DNA of 64,000 nucleotides. Origin: Trichoplax sp. H2 (lineage: Eukaryota). The notes under the pieces were generated by a model that did no database searches, had not been told where the DNA came from, and saw nothing but the letters and a program-made list of their open reading frames with translations. Of this stretch, positions 25,987 through 40,148 are shown in pieces. The translations under genes were made by a program, and so were the position numbers. The stretch is from contig NOWV01000211.1 of assembly GCA_003344405.1 (NCBI GenBank), forward strand, positions 1-64,000, in the 5' to 3' direction. Numbering within the stretch: position 1 is the stretch's first letter; each line of letters starts with the position of its first letter.

Positions 25987-28843
25987 GAAAATTTAATAAA
26001 TAGAATCAAATAGCACCATCAACATTCATTTTAGGCTTATAATCTACTTTCAGTAGAAATGATAAATTTTGGAAGTAATTGCTAACAACCTTTATAATAC
26101 TACTTTATGGAAGCCAGTACGACAGAAGGCTAAAAGTCAATAGGTTATCAATGTGTCCTGACAAAGCTGCTATTATAAAATATCATGACAAGAGCCGCTA
26201 GATATGACATTATCGAAACATTTACCTCGGTTGAGGGGTATTGATAACAGGTCAATCCTTTCTTCAATCTTTCATAAGAAGAATAATAAGGATACTCTTT
26301 AAATTTGCTTCGCTACATGCAAAAACATTATAAACATTTACAAAATTTGAACTGTCAATAACTCATCCCACTTTGAACACATTTCCTAATTTACCACCTA
26401 CCTTACTGAGCGTGCAAATAAGTATATCCCAGATATTTGCTATTTAACAATATTAGAATAAGTAATTAGTCTCTCAGATATCACGATTATTACTGGTGAA
26501 AGCACATAATCGGTAAGATGTAATTTTATTGTTTAAACAAATAGCCCAATACTTGTCAGTTACCCTCGTAAATGTAAAATATATGGCCTTGAATAAGTTG
26601 TCAGAAATGGCTGATTTTCATTTTAACGTTGGTATTATTATTTGTTTTTTGACTAAACAATTTCTCCTTTATTAGCTATGTCCAGATTGTAAAAAATTCT
26701 AAATCGCATACGCACTAGTATTGATATTTTTGTACATTTCCAATCACAACTAAATGACGTGAATTTGCGTCATAAAGTACCGCATCCGTTATTAATTGTG
26801 TTTTTGATCCATCAAAAATTACGATGATTGAAGTATATCAAGAAATGGCACGAATTTGTAAAGTAATAACGTCGCAATGAATGGATTTTAAGGACGTATC
26901 TAATCTATGATTTTAATTCTTGAATTAATATTTGATTATTCGTCAGCAATATTCACCCTTAGCAATCTTGGTGAACGTTTATGCAATTAAACCATTGATT
27001 ACGCAAATATAGACAGTAATACTGTCTTATAAATTTGTAATTGGCATGCAAGAATGAAAAACATCGTAAAATTTCTATTATTTCTTACAATAAAATATAT
27101 GAATTATTGAGCCACTAATAATTAATAGTTCAATATTGTCGAAAGTATACGAACCCTTAATTGCCATTAATATTAATCTTTTCGACGACATTATTCGTTA
27201 ACTTTATTAGACATAAACAACATCTAGTAGTACATTTGCCATAATTTCATAGGTAAAAAATATTACTATCTTTTTCCCTACAAAAGCTGCGATAAAAGAA
27301 AAGTTTCAGTGCTATTACATATACTAATCTTGACAATAAAACGTAAGATAAAATGTTATCACTAATCGTCATGTATGTTAGATAGGCAATTTGCTTCGAG
27401 GATTGTTTCCGGTGCTTACAATGGATAGCTTACATTTAGAACGATTAATCGATGCAACCTTCAACAGACCGTGATGCCATTTAAGATTTAAGAAAGTCAA
27501 TTATTTTCGTACTGTTGAGTGAGCTTGACATTTATCTAAACAAAAGCTCTATTTTAACCTTGAACTTCCTAGAAATAAGAAATTCTTTGATTTTTATTCA
27601 AACCATTCAGGCGAACATAGCCCTGACCAATAAAATATTATTATAGAGCACTGATATTCTAGAAAAAAAGCGTATCAAGGAAATCCTTTTACTTAGATTA
27701 ATAATTTATTAATCGCGAGCTGTATAATTACATTTTAAAAATCCATATGGCCGTTAACTAAGCCGTAATTAAATATAGTAGAATTGCTTTCCTATAGAAT
27801 ACTGCTAATCAATAAATTAAGTGTGATAGAATGCGAATTTCTCTTCATTATTATAAATCTCATTACTTCTTTCTTAATGGCGATGAGCTCGTCGATATAA
27901 GCCTGTTTATTTGAAGAGAATTATTATTACATAAATCGGTGTACTAATGTTTACTATCTGTTTGTAGATAGTTTACACTTAATTTGTGCACGTGCATTGT
28001 AAATGAGTGCTTGTTGTAATATTATATTGCCTAGTTGAAAGTCAACCCTTAATTGTAGTAATTATAATTATTAATCGATAGGAAACAGACAGTCAGCTAA
28101 GACAGACCATAAGTATTGACTGAGTGGCTTCAGAATCTATACAAGATTTCCAGAAAAGTTTTCAAAAGCTAACACCAGTTGAAATAAGCTTGTAAAGCTA
28201 TGAACAATCTTTGAGAAAGTAAAAATACCTTTAATTGTCGTGAATTTCTAATGCTATTCGTATATTATAATGCTCTAAGAAGTATGTGAATGTGCGAGTA
28301 ACTTTCTTTAGTTCATCTTTGGCTGAAAATATGATACAGTAAATTAATTTGCTTAAGTGAATTAAAATTGGAATTGCCTTTCACATTACGGTAGCTACTT
28401 TAAGTGTTTACTTGGTAATACAAAGGCACCATAGACCAATTACTCTCATTATTACATTCATCATCGCGAAATGTACTCTAGTTAAGACTAAAGTTCTTTC
28501 TTACACTATTAATTACTTTTATCTAGGTCTTTTTACTACATTTATGTTGGCATTTTGATCACGTATTTACAGAATATACTAATTATTTACAGAATGTACT
28601 AATTTCATACCATATTGCGTGTCGAGAATTAGGAGTTCAATTTATAATATAGTAATTTACATTCGTTGATTGATACTATTCGTTAAAGAATCAATCGAAT
28701 AAATTTCTTTATTCTGCCGAACTATCCACCGCATTTAGTACACAGTCTTCATTTTAGAAACCGAATACCTGAAATATAACTAAGAATAACGTAACAAAAA
28801 GTTTAGAATTTCAACATGTCTAATTACTAAGTTCAATAGCTAT

Positions 28844-29110
28844 TTGTCACAAACCAGCTTCGTGACAAGGATAACGTAAAATAAATCTCTAAAATCTGCG
28901 AATTCAGTATCCCTACTCACAAGAATTTAGACGCCTTTGATTCTACGTTAAACTCAACTAAACAATTGAGAACTACTTTATTCAACTATCTGACGGGCTT
29001 ATATACCCTTTTACAGCAGCTAACATTCACGAGTCATCTTATAAAAATACTTAGGTGAGAATATCTACTAACTAATTTTTCACATTCGGACTACAACATG
29101 TCCATTCACA
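28844..29110. repeat. Diverged partial copy (copy 3) of the dispersed element
   Basis: TTGTCACAAACCAGCTTCGTGACAAGGATAACG...ACAAGAATTTAGACGCCT..TTCTACGTTAAAC...TTGAGAA..CTTTATT..TTATATAC..TTCACGAGTCAT parallels 71-305. The right boundary is approximate. Confidence 0.7.
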
Positions 29111-30492
29111 GAATCATTTCAGTGCACATTACAGCACAGTATTAAATTTACTGTAGCACATTTATAATTAGAGTAATTCCTAGTGTAATTAACTAGTTGC
29201 AATATATTATCACTATATTAGATTCACCAAATTTAGATAGCTATTTCTTTACGGTAGTTCGTACCGTGACACTATTCATAATATAATCATACGTTTGGGT
29301 ACAAACATGTAAGCATCGAATAAGTTTGCATGTACCACTGCCTTTAATCTGAACATTAAAGGTAATTGCATTCGTTCACAGATCTATAGCATATCTGATA
29401 GGATTTCTTGTTAAGAAGTTGTTTGATATTTATAAAAATTAGGATATATCAGATCCACCTCTAGTTCTTGATTAGGTAAACTTACCAAAATTACAGTATC
29501 TTTGGCTGTACGATAAACTCCTTATATATATTTTTGTAGGAAGGAGTGAGAGAAAGAAATACTATTCAGTAACAGTTTTCCCAGCAAATACTATATCTAA
29601 AACTTGAAAATGCGTCTTAAAAATAATACAATCACAATTTCATTAATAGATGAATTTCGCCATACACATAAATCTGTTCTTTGTCAGGGAATATCTAAAT
29701 CTAACGATAACTATTAACAGTAGTATACCATTTGCATCTGCAGCTACTTGCAGGCTTATTAATAATAACTGAAATACTGATCTTATTACTAGAATCCTTC
29801 TTACAGCACTAGCTATACAAGGTAACTTTATATCCTGAGGATAATAACTTCCGTAAGCCAGTCCATCAATAATTCATTAACCTAATTAAAATATCACGGC
29901 CATAATGCCACAAATTACCCACTGTAATATCTTTTATTAATTCACCTTTAAATAACTTACAATCCAACTAGTAGCCAGAAGATACAATCTACAGCCAGAC
30001 TGCACCATGGCGGTAATAACATAAATGTTTGGAAGTATAATTGTCGTCAGTGCATTTATCCAAGATAAAGAACGTGGATAATTTGAATTGTTATTAATAA
30101 CTATCTTTTTATTGCAGCGATTCCTTTTGCGAGTGCATTTAAAACAAAAATATAACTACGACAATAATACTTGCATTTTATTAATACTTCTAGAAATATT
30201 AATAAGATTCATATGCGTATAGTAGGCTAGGACCAAGTATAAGATGAATAAGCGAAAAAGTTTGAAAGAGTTTTCTCTATTCGATACTGTAAAATTTCTG
30301 TATATAAGTGAGTTATTGTTACGCTAAAGAGATGAAATAGTGAAAGTTCAATAATAATTGTGTCATAAAGAACTATTTCAATCTCTACTTTGGACCGGTC
30401 ACTCAATAAATCATCTTCAAGAGTTAGCAGATAAGAACAGTTTATTACTTAATTTTAGGGATTCCTTAATTTTATTGCGAAATATTACAGCG

Positions 30493-31115
30493 TTGTTACA
30501 AAACAGCTTTGCAACAAGATAGCGTAATGCACGATCAATAAGTTAATTCCTTGAACCAGGTATCAAGGAACGATATCTGCACTATCAGAAACACTTTTGC
30601 TCTACTAGCAGACTACACAAAGACTTAAACGCCTCGTATTTTACGTTAAACACTAAGTTTGAGAATCCACTTTATTACACGATATACTGCATTTATATAC
30701 TCTTCCTCAATAGTTCATGGGTCATAGTTAGTACGATTAACTTTGGAATCATTCACTGAATTAGATATTAATTTTAGATACAGCTCCATTAATGCAGACA
30801 ACAGTACTTACGAACATAGACATCTGATGACTAATACAGAATAGTCAGATATGTTCTATCACGGAACATTTCCACGATAATTTACAATCTACCAAAAGTA
30901 AGTTACAATCACAATGATTCGAACTGTAAGTAGATGATTTGCATTCCCTATTATAACTATTAATTTCAGTATGTGTCTATGTGCCACTGTCATAAAAAGT
31001 CAGTGCTATATGAAAACACAGTATATCCAAATTAGAAGCTAACTAAATAAGGATAAGCTAACAGAATTATCTTAACATAAATATTTCTACTCTAATACAG
31101 TATATAACACTGTCA
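30493..31115. repeat. Dispersed ~630-bp repeat, copy 2
   Basis: Direct repeat of 71-700 with scattered substitutions and small indels. Confidence 0.92.
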
Positions 31116-34100
31116 CAAGCGTCAATCCACATTTGTTGATTTTGTAAAGATTAATGAAGTTCCTGTCCCATCATAAGACTGACTATCATGTAACAGCAAT
31201 TTGATAGCGTGATTATATAAAAGTTGTCCTATACTACGATTATATTGGACCCTTCCATCAATAAATACAGTACGATATATATGTTAGAGTTACTGGATAA
31301 AGAATGAAAATCTGCTTCCTTAAATGAAATCTATCTATTCAATTCCCTAATATAATATTTAAACCACCTAATTTCATGACTTAATTTTTGATTGCATTTC
31401 CTATACATACTTTTAATTATTCTAAGTCAGACTTTTTCTATAGCGCCTAATCATTTCTTAGACGCTGAACTTTAAATCTGTATAGGCGTTAACTTTCTGC
31501 CTAAGATACAATAACGCAGTGTTTGGTTCGGTAATTAACAACTAATAGATGCACTCTTACACCCATTTACTTATGTTCAAAGTTATATCGCTTCTTAAAT
31601 ATTTCATTCTGTAACAGATCTTTGATGTTATGGATTTATAGAAACCTCCGAATTATACCAGAATTATTATTCATTAAAGCTGGAGAACTTGTGTAGAAGA
31701 ACTAAAAATTTTGAAATAAATCATAAATATCTTTAATGAATTTACTCATACTTTGTAGTAAGTTGTTACGGTGTTACGTTAAAATGGCTTAGTGGTTTTC
31801 AGTTGCAATCTGAATGCGACAGTACAGTCTATAATTATGATACTAGCTGTGATAATCGGTACCTTATTTTGGATATTATTCAAGATGGACTGTGTAGAAT
31901 CTTGCTTGAATTAGGATTATAATTAATAACTGTTTAAAAAAATTTACCAGTATATGAAAATATTTATGTTGAGACAACTTTGCCGAAAAGATATTGCACA
32001 GTAAAGGGTAGTAAAAGCATTACAATTATTTGCATGTAATTGGTTTATTCTATCTGAACGCAGTAATTCGAAAAATAAAATTCTGAACAAAAAGCTATCT
32101 TACAGTTCTTAGTAGCGTGTACTATTTGTAGAATGAAAGCCATTTAAGCTTTCAATTATTCAATGAGAGTAAGAATGAGGTTCAGAAGTACTCAATCAGA
32201 TACTTATTCTAGACACTTGATTCAGGAATTTAGCTGAAAGACTATATCTTCAAGTTGCCTTATCGCAAAGTTAAATTACAACTCGGACCCCTGGGATAAA
32301 TTACATGGAACTGTCGTCTCACATAACATAACTTATGAGTATTCGTTTAGATATCGCCGATATCATTTCAGCTACCTAATAAGTCATGCCAAACAGAAAA
32401 TTGTAATGCAATGCCCTGTATTCAATTATATATAATTAGCTAGAATGATACTGAAAATTATCATACGTATAAACCGTGACCGAATTCATATTATTTTAAG
32501 TATCAAAACTCATAGCAACAAGGGCTATCATATGTAGCAACAATTAGGCTATAACTGAGGATTTCTACAAATATAATTCAACTAGATAATTAAATCACCT
32601 GCAGTAGCAAGGTTAAGGTCACAGAAGAAAATATGCCTTTCGAATTTAATTATTCTTTAGTTATTTATTATTTAAATTTTAAAGTGAATTTTTGATATTT
32701 TGTTTCCATGGTTCTATCCTGGTACAAGATAATTAAAAATTTTCACCCATTTAGTCATACAATGTTTGACTAGAAATACAAGTAGTCTTCCAATATTGCT
32801 ATATGGTTGTCTCATAGGCTATAATATAGCATAGGAAGCCATAGGACAATACCTACTATAACACCCACGACGACATGGGAATATTCTTTCGCGCCTGTAT
32901 CAATAATTTAATTGAAATTTATTTCCAAAATTTATTCTATTATGGCAAATAATGAATTAAAATAAGATATAAATCCTAGTTTAGATTGAAAAATCAACAA
33001 TCAAGACTATAGCATTATTAATATTACTTGGTGATACTGTATTATTAAATGTAAAATTATAATGAAATGAAGATACGACTAAATATTTCCATCGTCTGTT
33101 TGTAAAGCATTATTCTTTTGTTGAAATCGCTTCCTCTACTCTAATAGGTTTATTTATAATTTAATGTTACTATATTAGTTCAAATACGTAGATTAGCAAT
33201 TTTTGTTATTGTAACTAATTACTATAACTTGTAAAAATCTCAAATTTAAAGGATAATCTTTGTCCTATTATATGGCAAAAAAATTATCTAATGCTGTAAT
33301 TTTCGAATACTACTCCTTTTTGATATATTATTAGCAAATTAATCAATGCTAATGGTGGAAGAAATTTAAGTGCGTGCTTGGATGAGAATAAGACGGCGTT
33401 CACATTATACTATTTGAAATTAATAATCTTAAAATTATATTTAATTGTAAGCTTAAGTACTTTTGCGTTTGAGGATGAAAGTAACTGAAGTTAATAACGT
33501 ATAGAGCCAGATGTTTAGTTAGATTGTAGACAATACATGGCGTCTCTTATTATCGGAAATGTAGTATAATATCATGAATAATATTTAATGGTAGCATATA
33601 TATATATTTAGGGTTTAAAATTGATAGTATTCAGGTCTCATAAATTTTTTTTCAATTCAGCTGGTTAGCTCCGACGTCATTACTTACAATTACTTACTCC
33701 CAATTTTTGTAATTATGAGCGCCCTTCTTAAAGTGAAAGAAAAATGCTGCATTTGCTCGACGAAAGAAATAGACTAGTTCCTTGGAATTGATTGTTACAT
33801 TGATAGATGAAATTCGTGACATTTTGCACTTCATTGCTCCAAACCGCTAAGTAATAACTAAATAAAAAACAGCTGATGGTATAGAATAGATGATGACATT
33901 CTTCCAGCTAGGAAGTTATTAAAACCATCAACAATAACCTATTGTAAATACAAATCTGATGAAAGCTATTGTTTAGCAAGACGATTAGAAATGTCTACGA
34001 CGATCATTTCCTCGATTAAAAAACAAATTCATCTACTATTATAATGAAAAAAATGGCTACTTGTCCCTATCGTAAGATCATCATTTCCATTCTTATAATC

Positions 34101-37100
34101 AATGCAAATCAATTAAAAATATTAAAATAATGCAAAGATAGGATTGGCCATACTTCATTTAGTATTTTAATTTTTGATTTCAGTTTACTTGATGTTGATC
34201 TATCCGTGCCCTTACTTTATTTAAGTTCAATTTTGTATTTAATTTATACTGGTTAATATCTAGCACTCTTCTTGATCAATCTATTCAATTATATTATGCC
34301 AGCTATCTTTCCTTGCGATTAATAATTAATCAAGCTCTAGGTGTGGGAAAATAGGTCACTTGTTCTATTTTCAAGTTGACAACAATTCAATTGTAATCAT
34401 TCTTTTATTCTTTCTTTCTGCACATAATTTTAATCAATTTAGCCAATTATTAATTGGACACCATAGCTAGTTAACACATCTATCGAACTGAAATTATAAA
34501 TAATTGTATTGATTTCAATTTTTAATAAGTATGAGTCACTAAAATAGCATCTTCAGGATCTATCTGTTTATTGTTAAAGTACGACAACTATTCTGATCAG
34601 TTAGATAAGTTCTAAATTGACTTTCTATTCTGTTGCCATATCAAGAAGCGATAGTTGAAATATTAACAATAATATTAGAACTTTAGTTGACCCTTATCCC
34701 CTCTTAATCACGAAAATTAATGTAGATAACTGAATATAAAATCTGTACACTATTTAACTTTAAATTAATTCTGCCTTTTAGCCCTAATTATAACGGTGGT
34801 ACATGATTTAGCTCAATTCCTGCTAATACTGAAATGAAAACAATATGAGTCATCAGATGCTAATGAATAGCATTAAATTAAAGATTAATTTAGGATAGAA
34901 TAAATTTCTTTGGATATTCGGTAATGGCAGTAATCCATTATATTGTTTGCAATTAATTCAAGAAAGTTGTACATATAGCCAGCATATCTAAATAATCCTT
35001 AAAATCAGTATCCACTTATCAGAAATTGCAGTATTTTGAAAAGAATATAGATAAGTTTTTCAGAGAGTAATAAATTTGACTATTAACTATTATTATCGCA
35101 ATAGCTATGATTATGACGATATTAGTTCTAAACGAGAAAAAATAGAAAGTCAAATAATCGGTTTTAATACTTAGTTAATTTCGATTAACGTACGAGTTAA
35201 ATAGTTTATTTCTTCATCCCTTATCAATAACACCATTCAACTGGATGCGTAGTAGCTATTAGATGTACGTTTAAATTTTGACCTATAATATAAGTATTTA
35301 TCACGTAATCATATTTTTTTATTTTTTCAGTTTAGATGAATATTACGGTCAATTCTAATATAGTATACAAATAATTTCCAAGCAAAGAATACAATAAATA
35401 TTCATCACAAGTTTATAATCAATTTTTTAATATTAATATATTTTTACTCATCAGACATAGACAACAACAACAAAAGTGATCAATGGAATAAATAACAATG
35501 ATTACAATTAAAGCAATATGCTTAAGGGATTAGTAATTAAGATTTTATTATGAATGTGTGAATAGCAAATTCATTTAGTCTCATATATGGTAACAACAAA
35601 AAAATCATTTTTGGGACTATATCATTTCTTTATCTTGATTACATTATCCATCATTCTATTCACTATTAAGGTCAAGAATCAAACCAAGGACATAAATACT
35701 TCCTTGAATTACTTTTCAACATCATTTCACAATCAATCACTTTTGGAGGCAAAAGTCGCAAACATCTACTTATAAATACGTGTACATTCCGGTCCATATA
35801 TACATAAAACTAATTAATATTAAATGGCTAAATTATTGCTTCTACTTTGGCAAATTATTTTAATGTAAGTTTTATTACCTTTCATTTTCACAGCATTTAA
35901 TTTGCTTTTTCTCTAGTTGTACGTTATAATATGACAGTTACTAAACATGAAATGAATTAAGTAAGTAGAATTTATTCTCATCGAATCAATAGCTTATCTT
36001 CAATATTTTATGATTATGCAGTAGAAATAGATTCAGAATCGTATTTCTTTCCTTATTTTACTTAACCACTCCCTATCGAAGAAACTTTTTCCAATCTCGT
36101 TTAATAATCAGATCGAAGATAGTAAATTATTCGATATTTAAATAATTTTCTATACGCGATATCAACCATAAAATCAATTTATAATAGTTTGTATTTGATA
36201 ATTTACTTTGATATTTTATAAACTTCAAATTGAATCTCGGTGAGATAACTAATCCCTACTTTCGTTTGAACCTATTTTTCTCGGGACACGTCGTTCATTT
36301 CTGAACAACTCTTTCATATCACTGTCATCATTTACTGCATCTGCCCTACACTTCCCAATTTACGGACAGTAATTTCTGCAGTTGAATGTGGATAGCCAAT
36401 TTTAGCTGTATCGCACTAAAATTAGCTGTTTGCTACATAAATAATTGATATAGGTTGGTTTTTAGCCAGATTATTGCTTATGTGTGTGTATACTATACCT
36501 CATTTTATAGACTATTTGTATCTATTAGGGCAATTGTCAGATGTTATAAAATAAAAGCACTTTCTTTCATTATGTGGGTTGAATATGGTTAAGTAATGAT
36601 TAATATCACTACTGTCAGAAGGAAAAGTTGGCAATCTTTTTTCCAATAGGTGCAGTAGATTCAACGACAGGGCAAGTTATATTAGAATTACCATTCATTA
36701 CTGACATACGTCTAAATGCTTTGATACTGAAGTAGCGATTTATATAGCAATAAGCAATAAACTCATAATACCACTTCATACTGTTCATCCCGTTTGTTCT
36801 CTATTTTGATATTATTGTACTTAATTAACAACTGTGTCTTTATCTAATAACAACTATTATTCCAATATTGGGTATAATCTACGTGGGAAAAGTAAAATAT
36901 TATGACTGATGAAGTTCAACAGTAAAGTAAAAATTAATTGTTTCTTACAAAATTTAGATCGAACAACATCATCATTGATTGCTTTCTATCTGATAAATTA
37001 TCTTGGTGTGATTATTTTTATACTTTATGCACAATATTCTTGATTGAATAATGCAAGATTATCTAATGTTAATCCCGCAACGTCGGTAGTTATTCGATAT

Positions 37101-37190
37101 AGACCAATTAAAGTCTACCCCAATTCAAATTATTTTATTTACTTATTTTTATACTAACAACTTATTACTCGTCTTTTATTCAATTTCTAG

Positions 37191-39304
37191 CTACACAATC
37201 ACTTCCATCTATTATGGTGAAGGAATTTCTAAAGATGCTATATGCTACACTATACTGGGTCGGCAAAATCCAAAATTTCTGGAATTTTGCCAGGATCATC
37301 CGGGTGTTGTAGCTTCAGTATTATCTGGAGCTAGTCTTGCTACCAGTACATGCAAGAATCAATTACGATACGATATGTGGGGGTGCTACGGCGTTAATGA
37401 CAAAATAACGTATTACCAAAAGCGAAGGCTTCCAGGTTAATATCTATTTATAAATTCATATTTTATTTCCTATAATACGGTATAATAACCAGTTGCATTA
37501 TTGTTTGGATTCAATAACATGTTGACGCAAAAAGAATTATTTTTTTTTGTTCTATATTAATTGTAGTCATGTTATTGTTTTTAGTTTCCAGCTTTCTTCG
37601 TTTACTTTAATTGAATACCCTTTGATAGTTAAGAATAGCAGATAGTATTTAGGAATTTTAGCTAGAAATCGTTTTAAACAAACATTCAGTATTCTTGAGA
37701 TTCACATTAAAGCTTACCCTGAATTAGTTGTCTTTACAATTAATAATTAACTAGCTACTTTAAACATATACGTTTAACATCCTAGCACATCTATATGGCA
37801 GTATCAGACTTAATAGATCTCTAATTTAAGCCATTAATGCTTAAGAAGACACTGTTAAAGTCTTATGATTTAAGAGATTTTTAATGCATAAAACCTGTCG
37901 AAAAATGGTCCATATCATATATGTTTTATAAATATTATTTAATAAAGATATCATATAGCAAAGAAAATTGCAGCTTAATTTTATATTTATCTAAGCATGT
38001 AAATCTTAAATTTATATCATTATAATCTAACTCGGTAAATGATGACGTTGTAAATACTCACACAATTATTTATAATAATACTAGTCCATTTCAAGAATAG
38101 CATTTTAGAATACTCTTAGTCAGGACCGTCGTTTTCTGAGGATGATCACTGATGGCAAATAAATTATCTTTATTAATTCTTGTTATAAATTATCCCTTCT
38201 ATTCTATCAAATTGTCCTATTAAATTATTCTTTCTATTCGACAGGTAATCGAGAAACTGCCTATCTGTATGCATTAGCTTCAGCTGCTATTGCCCATACT
38301 TTATACCGAGACTGTTCTAAGGGCAAAATTAAAGAATGCTTATGTGATTCTCATCAATCACTTAGAAAGACTGGGGAAGAATGTCTTAGCAATGCTGATT
38401 GGAGCCTTAAAATGACTAGAACCTTTACAGATTTGTTCGAATTCAAATCTAAATCGCCAAATGCTAGAACTTTAATGAACTTACATAACAGTCAAATAGG
38501 TCGCAAGGTAATTCGAAAACTTTGATCGTAAAATCTAGCTAGCAGCTGCTTAAGTTTGATTGGCATAGTTAAAATTTAATGTACGCGTTAAAGGATCATA
38601 AAAGGTTCTATAAACATAAAGAATAATGCTATAATTATAAAATACATGTAATTACAGCATATGCGCGTAGGTACATAATATTATTAGTGGGAATCAGTAA
38701 TATACTTTTGTAACACTTCATCCATTTTCTCTATTTTGTTAACATACGCTATTAATAAGGAAGGAATATTACAGAAATATGCCTAATTTGTTTATTTATT
38801 TATTAATCAACTATTTTGTAAACTATTTTTTATATAAAGATAACTGCGAAACATATAAAGAAGATGTGTAAATGTCATGGTACATCTACTGCATGTACTT
38901 ATAACACCTGTTGGAATATCTTGGTTAGTTTCGAAGATATCGGTCAGGATTTATTGAATTTATACCGAAATGCTGCGTATATTACGAAATCAAATAAAGA
39001 TCATACGCAGTTGAAGTCCAAACTTCGATCTAAATCATTATCAAAGAAACTGGTCTACCTGCAGACGTCCGTCAATTATTGTCTAAGTAACCATAAAAAA
39101 AGTGGTCCGGGCACCCGCGGACGAGAATGTAAAATGTCCGTTCCTACCAGTGACCCTGGACACTGTAACAATCTATGCTGTGGGCGAGGATCAATAACGA
39201 ATCTTACTATAACTAACAATAATTGTAAATGTACATATACTTGGTGTTGCCAAATGGTATGTGAAAAGTGTCTCATTACAAGATATAAATATTACTGTAA
39301 GTAA
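37191..39304 (+). CDS. Wnt: Wnt family ligand (divergent; subfamily not assignable by eye; signal-peptide exon unresolved)
   Basis: Exons 37191-37435 (phase-2 start; ...EFCQDHPGVVASVLSGASLATSTCKNQLRYDMWGC), 38245-38507 (GNRETAYLYALASAAIAHTLYRDCSKG...ARTLMNLHNSQIGRK) and 38840-39304 (CKCHGTSTACTYNTCW, KLVYLQTSVNYC, GTRGREC, CNNLCCGRG, CKCTYTWCCQMVCEKC). I count 24 cysteines. Intron phases 2/1/0 match the typical Wnt layout. AATAAA lies at 39513-39518. Confidence 0.97.
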
Positions 39305-40148
39305 GTGAAATATCGGTGTACAATAGCTGTGCACGTATGCAGTTATCGGTTACTTTACGCGAATCTGTGACTCGCTACTAAACTATAAAATTAGGCTTAA
39401 CTATGTAGTTTGTACTACTAATGCTTGATATATTATCATTACTATGCGGCCTAGCTACAATTATTTACGTGTATATTGTAATTAATCAAAACTTTCCTGC
39501 TGTTGCAGGCGAAATAAAAAAATTTAACAAAGCACTTGGTCTCATTTATTGAATAGTACAGAATCTACTCCTACTTTAAATATACTTAACCGTCGATCTT
39601 AAGTTTTAAAGTCAACTTTTCATCAAGATTTAACTTCAGATAATGTCTTTATTAACTAATTTAGTTAATCCATTAGAAGTTGTCAGTTATAAATAGAATT
39701 ATTTATTCACGCTATAATATTTGCTGCGTGGCAGTAAGTCAAATCGTAGACTTTGTAATTAAATATCAAAATATCAAAAATTTAATTTTTACGTGTATCA
39801 TCAGCCTTCCGTATAATGGTACGGTAAATTACGAAATATGGATACAAAAATTTAGTAGATAAAATTTATATCACTATAATTATAGCTATTCCTTATGGAA
39901 TACATATTTTTATACCCCCAAAAATATTATATATCCGTACAGATTGAATAAATATCCCAAAGGTTGTGTACTGTGTTTCAAATCAGACAGTTATTAAACA
40001 TATTACATACATCAGATAATAATTGGTTGTGGAATGTTTATAAATCGGGTTCTGGCATTGCGTAAATCTAGCTCGTGGTCACATTTCTGCAATCCCCAAT
40101 CATTATTAGCATCATTTAAGTTGGAGGATAGAATTTTAATGATTGATA

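Noticed and set aside
36719..38528. TCF/LEF sites (CTTTGAT) in and near Wnt introns as a feedback module
   Set aside because: The 7-mer is expected many times by chance in AT-rich DNA and occurs elsewhere in the window. Three hits are not persuasive without conservation data.
39076..39276. Antisense ORFs over real exons (also 52377-52691, 60105-60311, 61322-61729, 63175-63429, 63734-63916)
   Set aside because: They are shadows of Wnt, MITF and INTS13 coding sequence, with no independent motifs.
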